Source: Methylomagnum ishizawai (lineage in GTDB: Bacteria > Pseudomonadota > Gammaproteobacteria > Methylococcales > Methylococcaceae). Taken from it: a DNA stretch of 24,000 nt. This document shows, piece by piece, positions 16,753-24,000 of this stretch. Numbering within the stretch: position 1 is the stretch's first letter; the number at the start of each line of letters is the position of its first letter. The stretch covers positions 2,776,881 through 2,800,880 of the forward strand of contig NZ_FXAM01000001.1 in the NCBI RefSeq assembly GCF_900155475.1, written 5' to 3'. Both the position numbers and the translations under genes were made by a program. The notes below the pieces were generated by a model, which had not been told where the DNA came from, made no database searches, and worked only from the letters and a program-made list of their open reading frames with translations.

Positions 16753-18036
16753 ATGATCCGCTTGCCAGAACACCCCTTGCGCTCCAAGCTGCACGACGAA
16801 ATCAACGCCCGGCCCTACGAACCCCTGCGCCCGCCGGAACGGGTCTCCTACCTCGCCTATCTGGTGGACGAGCAGGACCGCGCCCGTGAAACCGCCCACC
16901 TGGAAGCGTTGTGCCGCCATTTCGACCACGAATGGGTCCACAGCGGCGAGCGCTTCTTCCACCTCAAGTTCGACGACCTGCGCCTGCGGGTGGAACAGCA
17001 CGAGGAATTCACCCGCTACCTGTTCATCCTGGCGGATGCGCTGAACGACCCCTTCGCCGCCCCGGCCCTATGCCGCGTCCCGGAGGAATGGGTCGAAGGG
17101 ATTCCGGGCCGGGTCATGGTCGCCATCCACGCCGCCGTGCTGCCCTGCCCCATCGAGGACGCGACGCCGGACGCCGCCGCCCCCCATTTCCCCGAACGCC
17201 GCCTGATGGGTTCCCGCCTCGCCAATGGTGCCTTGTCGGCCTACACCGATTTCCGCATCCACGAAGATGGCTTCTCGCGCTGGCTGCTGTTCGACCATCG
17301 CGACGACCCGGCCCAGGCGGGCCGCACCTTGCTCAGGCTGCTGGAGGTCGAGACCTACCGCATGATGGCCCTGCTCGCCGCCCCGCTGATCGACGGGCTC
17401 CGCGCCACCCTCCGCGACAAGGACCGCACCCTGGTCGAACTGACCACCGCCGTCGCCAACCACAACAACCGCAGCGACGAGGATTTGCTGGAAGACCTCT
17501 CGACCCTGGCCGCCGATATCGAAAGCCTGATTTCCAGCCATGAATACCGCTTCAGCGCCACCCGGGCCTATTTCAACATGGTATCGATCCGGCTGGCGGA
17601 ACTCCGGGAAATCAAGATCGGCGAACTCGCCACCCTCAGCGGCTATCTGAACCGCCGCCTGGAACCGGCGCGGAACAACTGCGATTCCTCCATGCGCTGG
17701 TTGGAAACCCTGTCCACCCGCGTCACCAACGCCAGCCAGATGCTCAGGACCCGCGCCGATGTGCGCCGCGAACAGCAGAACCACGCCCTGCTGGCCGCGA
17801 TGAACCGGCGCTCGGAATTGCAATTGCGCCTACAGCAGACGGTGGAAAGCCTATCGCTGGCCGGTATCACCTATGCCGGGGTGTCCTTGATGGGCATCGT
17901 CGGCGACGTGCTGTACAAACACGGCCTGTTCCCGATGGAGGGCAACACCTTGGAAGCCCTGATGATCCCGTTCGTGGGCTACGCCGTGTACCGGGGCACC
18001 CGCCATATTTGGAAAGCGGCCAAGCACGGCGCATAA
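16753..18036 (+). CDS. DUF3422-like membrane-anchored protein
   Basis: 427-aa ORF with strong GC3 bias. The N-terminus (HPLRSKLHDEINARPYEPL) and the size resemble DUF3422 family proteins as I remember them. A coiled-coil-like region is followed by two C-terminal hydrophobic segments (SLAGITYAGVSLMGIVGDVL, ALMIPFVGYAVY). Confidence 0.65.
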   Translation: MIRLPEHPLRSKLHDEINARPYEPLRPPERVSYLAYLVDEQDRARETAHLEALCRHFDHEWVHSGERFFHLKFDDLRLRVEQHEEFTRYLFILADALNDPFAAPALCRVPEEWVEGIPGRVMVAIHAAVLPCPIEDATPDAAAPHFPERRLMGSRLANGALSAYTDFRIHEDGFSRWLLFDHRDDPAQAGRTLLRLLEVETYRMMALLAAPLIDGLRATLRDKDRTLVELTTAVANHNNRSDEDLLEDLSTLAADIESLISSHEYRFSATRAYFNMVSIRLAELREIKIGELATLSGYLNRRLEPARNNCDSSMRWLETLSTRVTNASQMLRTRADVRREQQNHALLAAMNRRSELQLRLQQTVESLSLAGITYAGVSLMGIVGDVLYKHGLFPMEGNTLEALMIPFVGYAVYRGTRHIWKAAKHGA

Positions 18037-18538
18037 GCGGAAACCGCCCTGCTGGCGCCGGTCGATGGCGGGATCGATCATGGCCGGCGCTTACTGCGAC
18101 GCGGCGTCGATGGGGTGATGCCATTCGGCACCCTGGGGAAAGGGCCATCCTTCCCGGTAGCGTAACAGCGGGGCGAACCTCTGGCCCGAAGCCAGCGCCA
18201 AGGACCAAGGGCGCGTCCGGACCTTCCTGGAACTTGTCTCTTCCCATCCCTTCCTGCCTGCAAAGCCCTACTCGTCCCCGGCTGGCTGGCCCCGCGCCGC
18301 CCCTGTACCCGCTGTCCGAACCCGCATGGCGGCATCGCGTGGCGGGCTGCGGTTTTCCTACGCCCTGAAAGCGCTCACCCGTTGACCGTGGCGTAACAGG
18401 ATGGCCCGCGCCTTCCCCGGCCGGGCTGTGACGGAAATACACCCATAAACGTATTCCAGCTGGGGCGCATTCCTTGCGAATGGCTTTCAGCCGGGGCTTC
18501 CGGGTTACAAATAGTCTCGTTCAAACCCCTAATCCCAG

Positions 18539-18928
18539 TCAACAATACCCGGTCGATATCGGGTTACATCCCCTATATACAAGCTTTATTGCGCTGACCT
18601 GGCCGTCCCCACCCGGCTGGGATAAATCCTTCAAAAAAACCCGCGATGGCTCATAACCCAAGCAAATCGGCACAAGCCCTGCCACAACAAAACAGCACAC
18701 CCCAAAAACTTGATCGACATACTTGGCGGTATTCGCCAAAACCAGCCTGGACCTAATACCGCCAGCCCCGTCCCCATATCCCCACTGCCGAATCGTCCAC
18801 CCTACCGATTCCCAAAACTTCGTCGCACCCACCTGAATCCTCGGCGGAAACCTATTAATATTATCCCCGACCTTACACGGTGGCCGTGGAAAATACCCCG
18901 GCCCCACCTTTCCCATCCCATCGATCAT
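18539..18928 (-). CDS. Doubtful ORF (G/T-rich strand; possible small membrane protein)
   Basis: The tracked ORF is 18539..18991. Internal start MIDGMGK... at 18928 would avoid overlap with the 18945 gene. It contains one hydrophobic segment (VFGVCCFVVAGLVPICLG). However, it uses GGG for Gly heavily, unlike the GGC preference of the solid genes here. It also lies on a strongly strand-skewed stretch, so it may be an artefact. Confidence 0.2.
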   Translation of the reverse strand: MIDGMGKVGPGYFPRPPCKVGDNINRFPPRIQVGATKFWESVGWTIRQWGYGDGAGGIRSRLVLANTAKYVDQVFGVCCFVVAGLVPICLGYEPSRVFLKDLSQPGGDGQVSAIKLVYRGCNPISTGYC

Positions 18929-18944
18929 TGCGAAGAAGGCCACC

Positions 18945-19334
18945 ATGGAACCCATCGTCCACCATCTCGCCGAATTGTGCCGGGAACTCACGCCGGTCCA
19001 GTTCCGCTTGGCGATCCCGCCCTTGATGCGCTACCTGCCGACCCACCCCGTGATCGGCTCCCAGGAACGGGCGGCGGAATGCATCGCCGCCGTGTTCAAC
19101 CGCTTGAATATGAACCCCAATATCGGCGGCATCCGTCCCACCCGCTACGAACGCCAATTGGCCGAGGACCTATGGAGTTGGAAGATGACGCGCTCCGCCT
19201 CCGACCCGCCGGGGGAGGACATGGTGTTCGAGTTGAGCGCGGCGGAATTGGTCTGCTTGCAAATCTGCTTCGAGCGCTTGAAAGCGGTGTTCGAGGGCAC
19301 CGTGCTGGGGTATTTCTCAAACCGCCCGCATTGA
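18945..19334 (+). CDS. Hypothetical protein
   Basis: 129-aa ORF with the same strong G/C third-position bias as the confident genes (atc gtc cac cat ctc gcc gaa ttg tgc cgg ...). I recognise no family. Confidence 0.6.
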   Translation: MEPIVHHLAELCRELTPVQFRLAIPPLMRYLPTHPVIGSQERAAECIAAVFNRLNMNPNIGGIRPTRYERQLAEDLWSWKMTRSASDPPGEDMVFELSAAELVCLQICFERLKAVFEGTVLGYFSNRPH

Positions 19335-19520
19335 CCTGTCGCGCACACGGAATCTTGATTCGGCTGTGATTGGGTGCGGGGAGAATATCCCCGCGCTTGG
19401 GATTATTGGCGGGATGGCTCCGGCTTTCAAAAAATTTGAAAAAATATAAACTTCTCTACAAAAAATAGGGTGCCGCATGATTAAGCCGGTTTCCCCGGCC
19501 CCCGGCGATCCGCAGGCATG

Positions 19521-19862
19521 TCATTCCAAAAATACATTGAGACAGATACCCCTATACAATTCCACCCCACACACCGCCCAAAACATCCAAAACATATTTG
19601 AAACAAACCATAATAATATCTGCCACACAATGCAAAGCCGATAAATCAAAAACAATGACATCCAGCATCGCCACCTTATCAAAAAGCCGATAACGACCGG
19701 CTTAAAAAACACCCGGTCCCAGCCCGCCCTCCATCGATAGTCAATGCCGTAGCATGGATGCAACGGGGAATCCAAGATCATGGACTCCGCGCCATGTATC
19801 CGAATATCGCGCACAAGGTATCGATATGGGTGGCGGGCCGCCTCCCGGCCTTCCCGCCACAC
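19521..19862 (-). CDS. Doubtful small hydrophobic ORF upstream of uvrC
   Basis: 113-aa ORF, with an alternative start at 19781 (MILDSPL...). The C-terminal part is very hydrophobic and W/F-rich (VVIGFLIRWRCWMSLFLIYRLCIVWQILLWFVSNMFWMFWAVCGV) and is encoded by an A/T-rich stretch. There is no recognisable family and the composition is atypical. Confidence 0.25.
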   Translation of the reverse strand: MWREGREAARHPYRYLVRDIRIHGAESMILDSPLHPCYGIDYRWRAGWDRVFFKPVVIGFLIRWRCWMSLFLIYRLCIVWQILLWFVSNMFWMFWAVCGVELYRGICLNVFLE

Positions 19863-19950
19863 AGCGGGCCGGAGCTAAGTAAGTCTGCGTGCCCTCCGAG
19901 GTTCCGCATTATAATGACGCCCCATCCCCCACCCTCCGGTATGCCCCGCG

Positions 19951-21792
19951 ATGAGCCCGCCCCACACCGCCGCAGCCTTCGACATCGACGCTTTCCTGGG
20001 CACCCTGACCCAGAGGCCGGGTGTCTATCGGATGCTGGACGACCAGGGCGAGGTGATCTATATCGGCAAGGCCAAGAATCTGAAGAAACGGGTGTCCAGC
20101 TATTTCTCGCCCAAGGACGCCCCGCCCAAGCAACAGGCGATGGTGGCCCGCATCCGCGCCATCGACGTGACCGTGACCCAGACCGAGGGCGAGGCGCTAC
20201 TGCTGGAAAGCCAGCTCATCAAGCGCTACCAGCCGCGCTATAACATCCTGCTGCGCGACGACAAGGGCTATCCCTTCATCTACATCTCCACCCACCAGGA
20301 ATTCCCCAGGGTGGCGTTCCACCGCGGGGCCAAGGCCAAACCGGGACGCTATTTCGGACCCTATCCCACCAGCGCCGACACGGTGCGGAGGAACCTCAAA
20401 TTGCTGCAAAAAACCTTCCCGGTGCGACAGTGCGAGGACTCCTTCTACGCGAACCGTTCCCGCCCCTGTCTGGAATACCAGATCGAGCGCTGCACCGCAC
20501 CCTGCGTGGGCTTGATCGACGCGGCGGCCTATGCGGAAGATGTACGGAATACGGTGGCCTTCCTGGAAGGCGAGGGCGGGCATTTGATCGACACCCTGGC
20601 CCAGCGCATGGAGCAGGCGGCGGCGCGGCTGGATTTCGAGCGGGCGGCGCGTTACCGCGACCAGATCGCCAGCCTCCGCACCCTCCTGGAAAAACAAGCG
20701 GTGCATGGCGAACATGGCGACCTGGATATCATCGCCTGCGCCCTCGAAGGCAACGTGGCCTGCGTGCGGATGGTGTTCATCCGTGGCGGCCAGCAGATCG
20801 GCGACCGCAGCTTCTTCCCGGCGATGCAAGATAGCCACGAACCGGGCAGCCTGCTCGCCGCTTTCATCGGCCAGTATTACCTGGGCAAGCCCATCCCCAA
20901 GGAAATCCTCCTCAGCCATCCGGTCGAGGACGCGGGATTGCTGGAAGACATGCTGGCCCACGAGGCCGGCCACGCCGTGAAGCTCTCGGCCCGGCTGCGC
21001 GGCGAACGGGCGAGGCGCGTGCAGATGGCCGTGACCAACGCCCAGCACGACCTCGCCCTCAAACTCGCCAGCCGCCGCGATATCCACGCCCGCTTCCTGG
21101 AACTGGGTGAGGCGCTGCATTGCCCACAGCCGCCGCACCGCCTGGAGTGTTTCGATATCAGCCATACCCAGGGCGAACAGACCGTGGCCTCCTGCGTGGT
21201 GTTCGACCGGCAAGGCCCGGTCAAATCGGCCTACCGGCGTTTCAATATCGAGGGCGTCCCACCCGGCGACGACTACGCCGCCCTGGCCCAGGCCACCGCC
21301 CGGCGCTATCAAAGAATCAAGGGTGGGGAAATCGAAGCGCCCGATATCCTGTTCATCGACGGCGGTAAAGGCCAGGTCGCCGCCGTGCGGGAAGCCTTGG
21401 CGGCGCTGGACCTGGACGCGCTCCGCATCATCGGCGTCGCCAAGGGACCGGACCGCAAACCCGGCATGGAAGTCCTCATCCCGGCGGAAACCGGCCAGCC
21501 GCTCCTGCTGCCGCCCCATTCGGCGGCTTTGCACCTGATCCAGCAAATCCGCGACGAAGCCCACCGCTTCGCCATCACCGGCCACCGCCAGCGCCGGGCC
21601 AAGGCCAAACAACAATCGACGCTCGACACCATCGCCGGCCTCGGCCCCAAACGCCGCCAACAGCTCCTGCGCCAATTCGGCGGCCTCCGGGAAATCAGCC
21701 GCGCCGGGGTGGATGCCCTCAGCCGGGTAGAGGGCATCAGCCAACAATTGGCACAACGCATTTACGACACCTTCCACGAACGGGAACCCTGA
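19951..21792 (+). CDS. uvrC: Excinuclease ABC subunit C
   Basis: 613-aa ORF. It has an N-terminal GIY-YIG module (PGVYRMLDDQGEVIYIGKAKNLKKRVSSYF) and a UVR motif region (AARLDFERAARYRDQIASL). A C-terminal endonuclease and HhH region follows (LDTIAGLGPKRRQQLLRQFGG). pgsA follows directly, as in E. coli. Confidence 0.97.
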   Translation: MSPPHTAAAFDIDAFLGTLTQRPGVYRMLDDQGEVIYIGKAKNLKKRVSSYFSPKDAPPKQQAMVARIRAIDVTVTQTEGEALLLESQLIKRYQPRYNILLRDDKGYPFIYISTHQEFPRVAFHRGAKAKPGRYFGPYPTSADTVRRNLKLLQKTFPVRQCEDSFYANRSRPCLEYQIERCTAPCVGLIDAAAYAEDVRNTVAFLEGEGGHLIDTLAQRMEQAAARLDFERAARYRDQIASLRTLLEKQAVHGEHGDLDIIACALEGNVACVRMVFIRGGQQIGDRSFFPAMQDSHEPGSLLAAFIGQYYLGKPIPKEILLSHPVEDAGLLEDMLAHEAGHAVKLSARLRGERARRVQMAVTNAQHDLALKLASRRDIHARFLELGEALHCPQPPHRLECFDISHTQGEQTVASCVVFDRQGPVKSAYRRFNIEGVPPGDDYAALAQATARRYQRIKGGEIEAPDILFIDGGKGQVAAVREALAALDLDALRIIGVAKGPDRKPGMEVLIPAETGQPLLLPPHSAALHLIQQIRDEAHRFAITGHRQRRAKAKQQSTLDTIAGLGPKRRQQLLRQFGGLREISRAGVDALSRVEGISQQLAQRIYDTFHEREP

Positions 21793-21794
21793 TT

Positions 21795-22388
21795 ATGGAG
21801 TTGAACCTCCCCACTTACCTGACCTTGCTGCGGATCGTCCTGATTCCCGTGCTGGTCGCGCTGTTCTACCTGCCCTGGCCGGGTGCCCATGCCGCCTGCG
21901 GCCTGGTGTTCATGGTGGCCGGATTCACCGACTGGCTGGACGGCTACCTGGCCCGCAAGCTGGGGCTGGCCACGCGCTTCGGCGCCTTCCTCGACCCGGT
22001 GGCGGACAAACTGATGGTCGCAGTCACCCTGGTCTTGATCGTGCAGGCCGACCCCAGCCCCTTCGTCGCCATCGCCGCCGCGATCATCGTCGGGCGGGAA
22101 ATCACCATCGCCTCGCTGCGGGAATGGATGGCGGAAATCGGCCAGCGCAAAAAGGTCGAGGTCTCGCAACTCGGCAAATGGAAAACCATGGCCCAAATGG
22201 TTTCCATCACCCTGTTGCTATTCGGCATGGATATTTGGCGCGAGACCTTGCAGGGTTTCGGCCAATTCCTATTATCCATCTCGGCCCTATTGACACTGTG
22301 GTCGATGATCGTGTATTTACGCGCCGCCCTGCCCTCGTTCGCCGACCAGCCCAAACCCAGTGTTGACAAGCCCGTCTTGGACCCTTAA
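21795..22388 (+). CDS. pgsA: CDP-diacylglycerol--glycerol-3-phosphate 3-phosphatidyltransferase
   Basis: 197-aa ORF starting 3 nt after uvrC. The CDP-alcohol phosphotransferase motif is present (DWLDGYLARKLGLATRFGAFLDPVADKL), with multiple hydrophobic segments. Confidence 0.95.
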   Translation: MELNLPTYLTLLRIVLIPVLVALFYLPWPGAHAACGLVFMVAGFTDWLDGYLARKLGLATRFGAFLDPVADKLMVAVTLVLIVQADPSPFVAIAAAIIVGREITIASLREWMAEIGQRKKVEVSQLGKWKTMAQMVSITLLLFGMDIWRETLQGFGQFLLSISALLTLWSMIVYLRAALPSFADQPKPSVDKPVLDP

Positions 22389-22405
22389 AATATTCGGACA
22401 AGCAA

Positions 22406-22481
<76 letters not shown>

Positions 22482-22486
22482 AATAT

Positions 22487-22516
22487 AAAAAAGCCGTGTT
22501 TATCACGGCTTTTTTA
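22487..22516 (+). terminator. Intrinsic terminator after tRNA-Gly
   Basis: An A-run (22487-22492) precedes the stem AGCCGTG (22492-22498), the loop TTTAT and the stem CACGGCT (22504-22510). Six T residues follow directly (22510-22515). Confidence 0.75.
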
Positions 22517-22590
22517 TTGCCCCGAGATAATCCCCGCCTACTAAGTTTATCGCCCGATCCGGGACGCGCTTCCGCCCGCAAACATAAGTA

Positions 22591-22619
22591 TTGCTTCGAC
22601 CGGGAGCCTCCGCTATAAT
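22591..22619 (+). promoter_or_regulatory. Sigma70 promoter upstream of tRNA-Cys
   Basis: TTGCTT (22591-22596), a 17-nt spacer, then a perfect TATAAT (22614-22619). A GC-rich discriminator-like TTCGCGC follows. The promoter lies about 75 nt upstream of tRNA-Cys. Confidence 0.6.
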
Positions 22620-22695
22620 TTCGCGCTCTTCCGCCGGGGAATAAAGCCAAGCGATCCGCCAAAGCTTTGAAACCACTTCCCGGAAGAAGCCTAAA

Positions 22696-22769
22696 GGCTG
22701 AGTGGCAGAATGGTCATGCAGCGGCCTGCAAAGCCGTGTACGCCGGTTCGATTCCGACCTCAGCCTCCA
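22696..22769 (+). tRNA. tRNA-Cys (anticodon GCA)
   Basis: 74 nt. Acceptor GGCTGAG/CTCAGCC; anticodon arm CGGCC-TGCAAAG-GCCG, which gives anticodon GCA; T-loop TTCGATT; encoded CCA. As I fold it, the T-stem GCCGG/CCGAC contains one C-A mismatch. Confidence 0.85.
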
Positions 22770-22936
22770 ATTTCCCCAGGCGAAACAACCGCTTACCCAC
22801 AAATCCGGGTGCGCGGTTTTTTTGTGTGCATTGCGAAAATAGCCGGAAAACAGGTAAAAAAGGTAAAAATACCTACACGGAGTGGCACCGCCACTTTGTA
22901 CACGGCCCGGAAAGGCCGCTTACCTGGAACACCGCC

Positions 22937-23400
22937 ATGACCGCCCGACCGGCAACTGGGAAGTCTGCGTCCGCCGCCAAGGCATCCTTCCCAAACCCCA
23001 TTAGCCACTTTCGACACGAGGACGAGGCCCACCGCTACGGCCTCAAACTGGAAGCCCTGCTCGATTCTGGCGAAACCCCGCCGGAACTCGCCGCCGCACC
23101 CCGGCCCAGGCCCGAACCGTCGCGGGCTGGCTGGACGACTACGGCCACCACGGCAACCCCAGCCCGCTCGACCGCAGCCTGTTCCCCACCGTCAAGGCCG
23201 ACATCATCCGCAAGCGGGTGGGCAGCCTCTCGCCCGGTCCCTTGACTTCGCCGTCTACCGCAAAGTCCTGGCGGTCAACCCGGCCCGGCCCTTGCCGCAC
23301 AACTATTCCGGCTACGCCCGCGCCGATGACGAGGCCGTGCGCGACACCGGGCGCGACCGCCGCCTCGAACCCGGCGAAGACCCAGACGCGGGCGGCGCAG
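22937..23400 (+). pseudogene. Frameshifted N-terminal remnant of a tyrosine-recombinase (phage-type integrase) gene
   Basis: Integrase-like N-terminal segments occur in three different frames. These are GNWEVCVRRQGILPKP / ISHFRHEDEAHRYGLKLEALLDSGETPPEL, then WLDDYGHHGNPSPLDRSLFPTVKADIIRKRVGSLS, then LDFAVYRKVLAVNPARPLP...ARADDEAVRD. No catalytic (R..HxxR..Y) domain follows. The remnant lies about 170 nt downstream of tRNA-Cys. Recognition is by pattern memory only. Confidence 0.5.
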
Positions 23401-23485
23401 AATGTATCCGAATTTATGCTTGCGCAAAACGTGCAATATGTAAATTACATAATATCCCCAATGCCCCACCAATCGTCCACCACGC

Positions 23486-23519
23486 AAAAAGGCCGGGAAG
23501 ATTCCCCTCCCGGCCTTTT
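23486..23519 (-). terminator. Intrinsic terminator for the minus-strand gene ending at 23599 (bidirectional shape)
   Basis: GGCCGGGA (23491-23498) and TCCCGGCC (23508-23515) form an 8-bp stem with a 9-nt loop. The stem is flanked by AAAAA (23486-23490) and TTTT (23516-23519). On the minus strand the hairpin is therefore followed by TTTTT. Confidence 0.65.
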
Positions 23520-23598
23520 CCATCCGGGCGGGCATGTACTACTATGCCCACCCCCTCTAAACATCACAGTGGGCCGCTAATATCGACCCACCCGGCTT

Positions 23599-23994
23599 TC
23601 ACTGGCAATTTAGATCTTTGTTCCAACTACCGGCCCCATCCATGGCGTCCACCATAGCCTGCATCAGATTGATACTCGATGGTTGGTTTTGGTAGTCGAA
23701 CATCATTCCACCCGCATAGCCTTCCGAAATTGTTAAGGCTGCTTGCGGACCAACCGTGCCCCACTCCTCGCAAAACATATTTTCAGCCGAGAAACCGAGA
23801 CATAATTGGTTCTTGTTCATCCCATAACCCGTATAAAAGCTTAGACGCGAATTGGCATCCCCCCCATAGTAGCTCATTTGCCAGCCGTAGGTTAGGTTGG
23901 CGCCCAGCGTATTACCTTCCCAATTGGCTTGAAACACGCTCTCATCGGCCCATAGCGCCTTGGTGATTAGCTTGGTGGGCATGGTTTGTTTCAT
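23599..23994 (-). CDS. Hypothetical protein, possibly N-terminally truncated by the window edge
   Basis: 131-aa ORF (MKQTMPTKLITKALWADESVF...GYAGGMMFDYQNQ...). Only 6 nt of window remain upstream of the first ATG, with no stop, so the true start may lie beyond 24000. GC is lower than in the core genes. There is a vague resemblance to the C-terminal part of glycoside-hydrolase-like folds (GG.M.D motif), which is not enough for a call. Confidence 0.45.
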   Translation of the reverse strand: MKQTMPTKLITKALWADESVFQANWEGNTLGANLTYGWQMSYYGGDANSRLSFYTGYGMNKNQLCLGFSAENMFCEEWGTVGPQAALTISEGYAGGMMFDYQNQPSSINLMQAMVDAMDGAGSWNKDLNCQ

Positions 23995-24000
23995 CAGGGT

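Noticed and set aside
17867-18442. ORFs 17867..18442(-), 18009..18368(+) and 18078..18335(-), downstream of the DUF3422-like gene
   Set aside because: The translations are Arg/Pro/Gly-rich with no ribosome-binding site or family resemblance, and one overlaps the 3' end of the DUF3422-like gene. They are treated as artefacts, and the region is reported as gene-poor instead.
20197-21777. 526-aa antisense ORF across uvrC
   Set aside because: It is antisense to an unmistakable uvrC frame and has the low-complexity composition typical of a GC-rich antisense frame.
22770-22860. A third tRNA (tRNA-Leu) after tRNA-Cys, as in the E. coli glyW-cysT-leuZ cluster
   Set aside because: No cloverleaf or GGTTCGA-type T-arm could be found after 22769. 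There is only a weak AACCGC...GCGGTT hairpin followed by a T7 run.

Overview
High-GC chromosomal segment, probably gammaproteobacterial: it carries the uvrC-pgsA-tRNA-Gly-tRNA-Cys arrangement known from E. coli. The centrepiece at about 4.2-11.7 kb is an RtcR-controlled RNA-repair locus on the minus strand. It reads sigma54 promoter, rsr (Ro60/TROVE), six tandem Y-RNA-like modules, rtcB, then rtcA, with rtcR divergent on the plus strand. Five of the six modules contain circularly permuted tRNA-like elements. There are two departures from the Salmonella-type rsr-yrlBA-rtcBA layout. First, the Y-RNA region is expanded to six modules falling into at least two structural classes, each followed by a GCUUUUUU-type tract. 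Second, a lower-GC, opposite-strand gene for a glycine-loop protein (DUF1152-like by recollection) sits between rtcB and rtcA, convergent with rtcB across a 10-nt gap. The flanks hold a secreted PQQ-like beta-propeller protein and a Tat-signal intradiol-dioxygenase-like protein upstream. Downstream are a YecA-like SEC-C protein, a long-chain flavodoxin, a 1032-aa PAS/HAMP chemoreceptor, a DUF3422-like membrane protein and a gene-poor, compositionally odd stretch (18.0-19.9 kb). After tRNA-Cys comes a frameshifted integrase N-terminal remnant and lower-GC DNA, which looks like a decayed genomic island. The first ~330 nt have no convincing ORF and remain unassigned. All calls come from reading the sequence and ORF translations by eye; no searches or folding programs were run.
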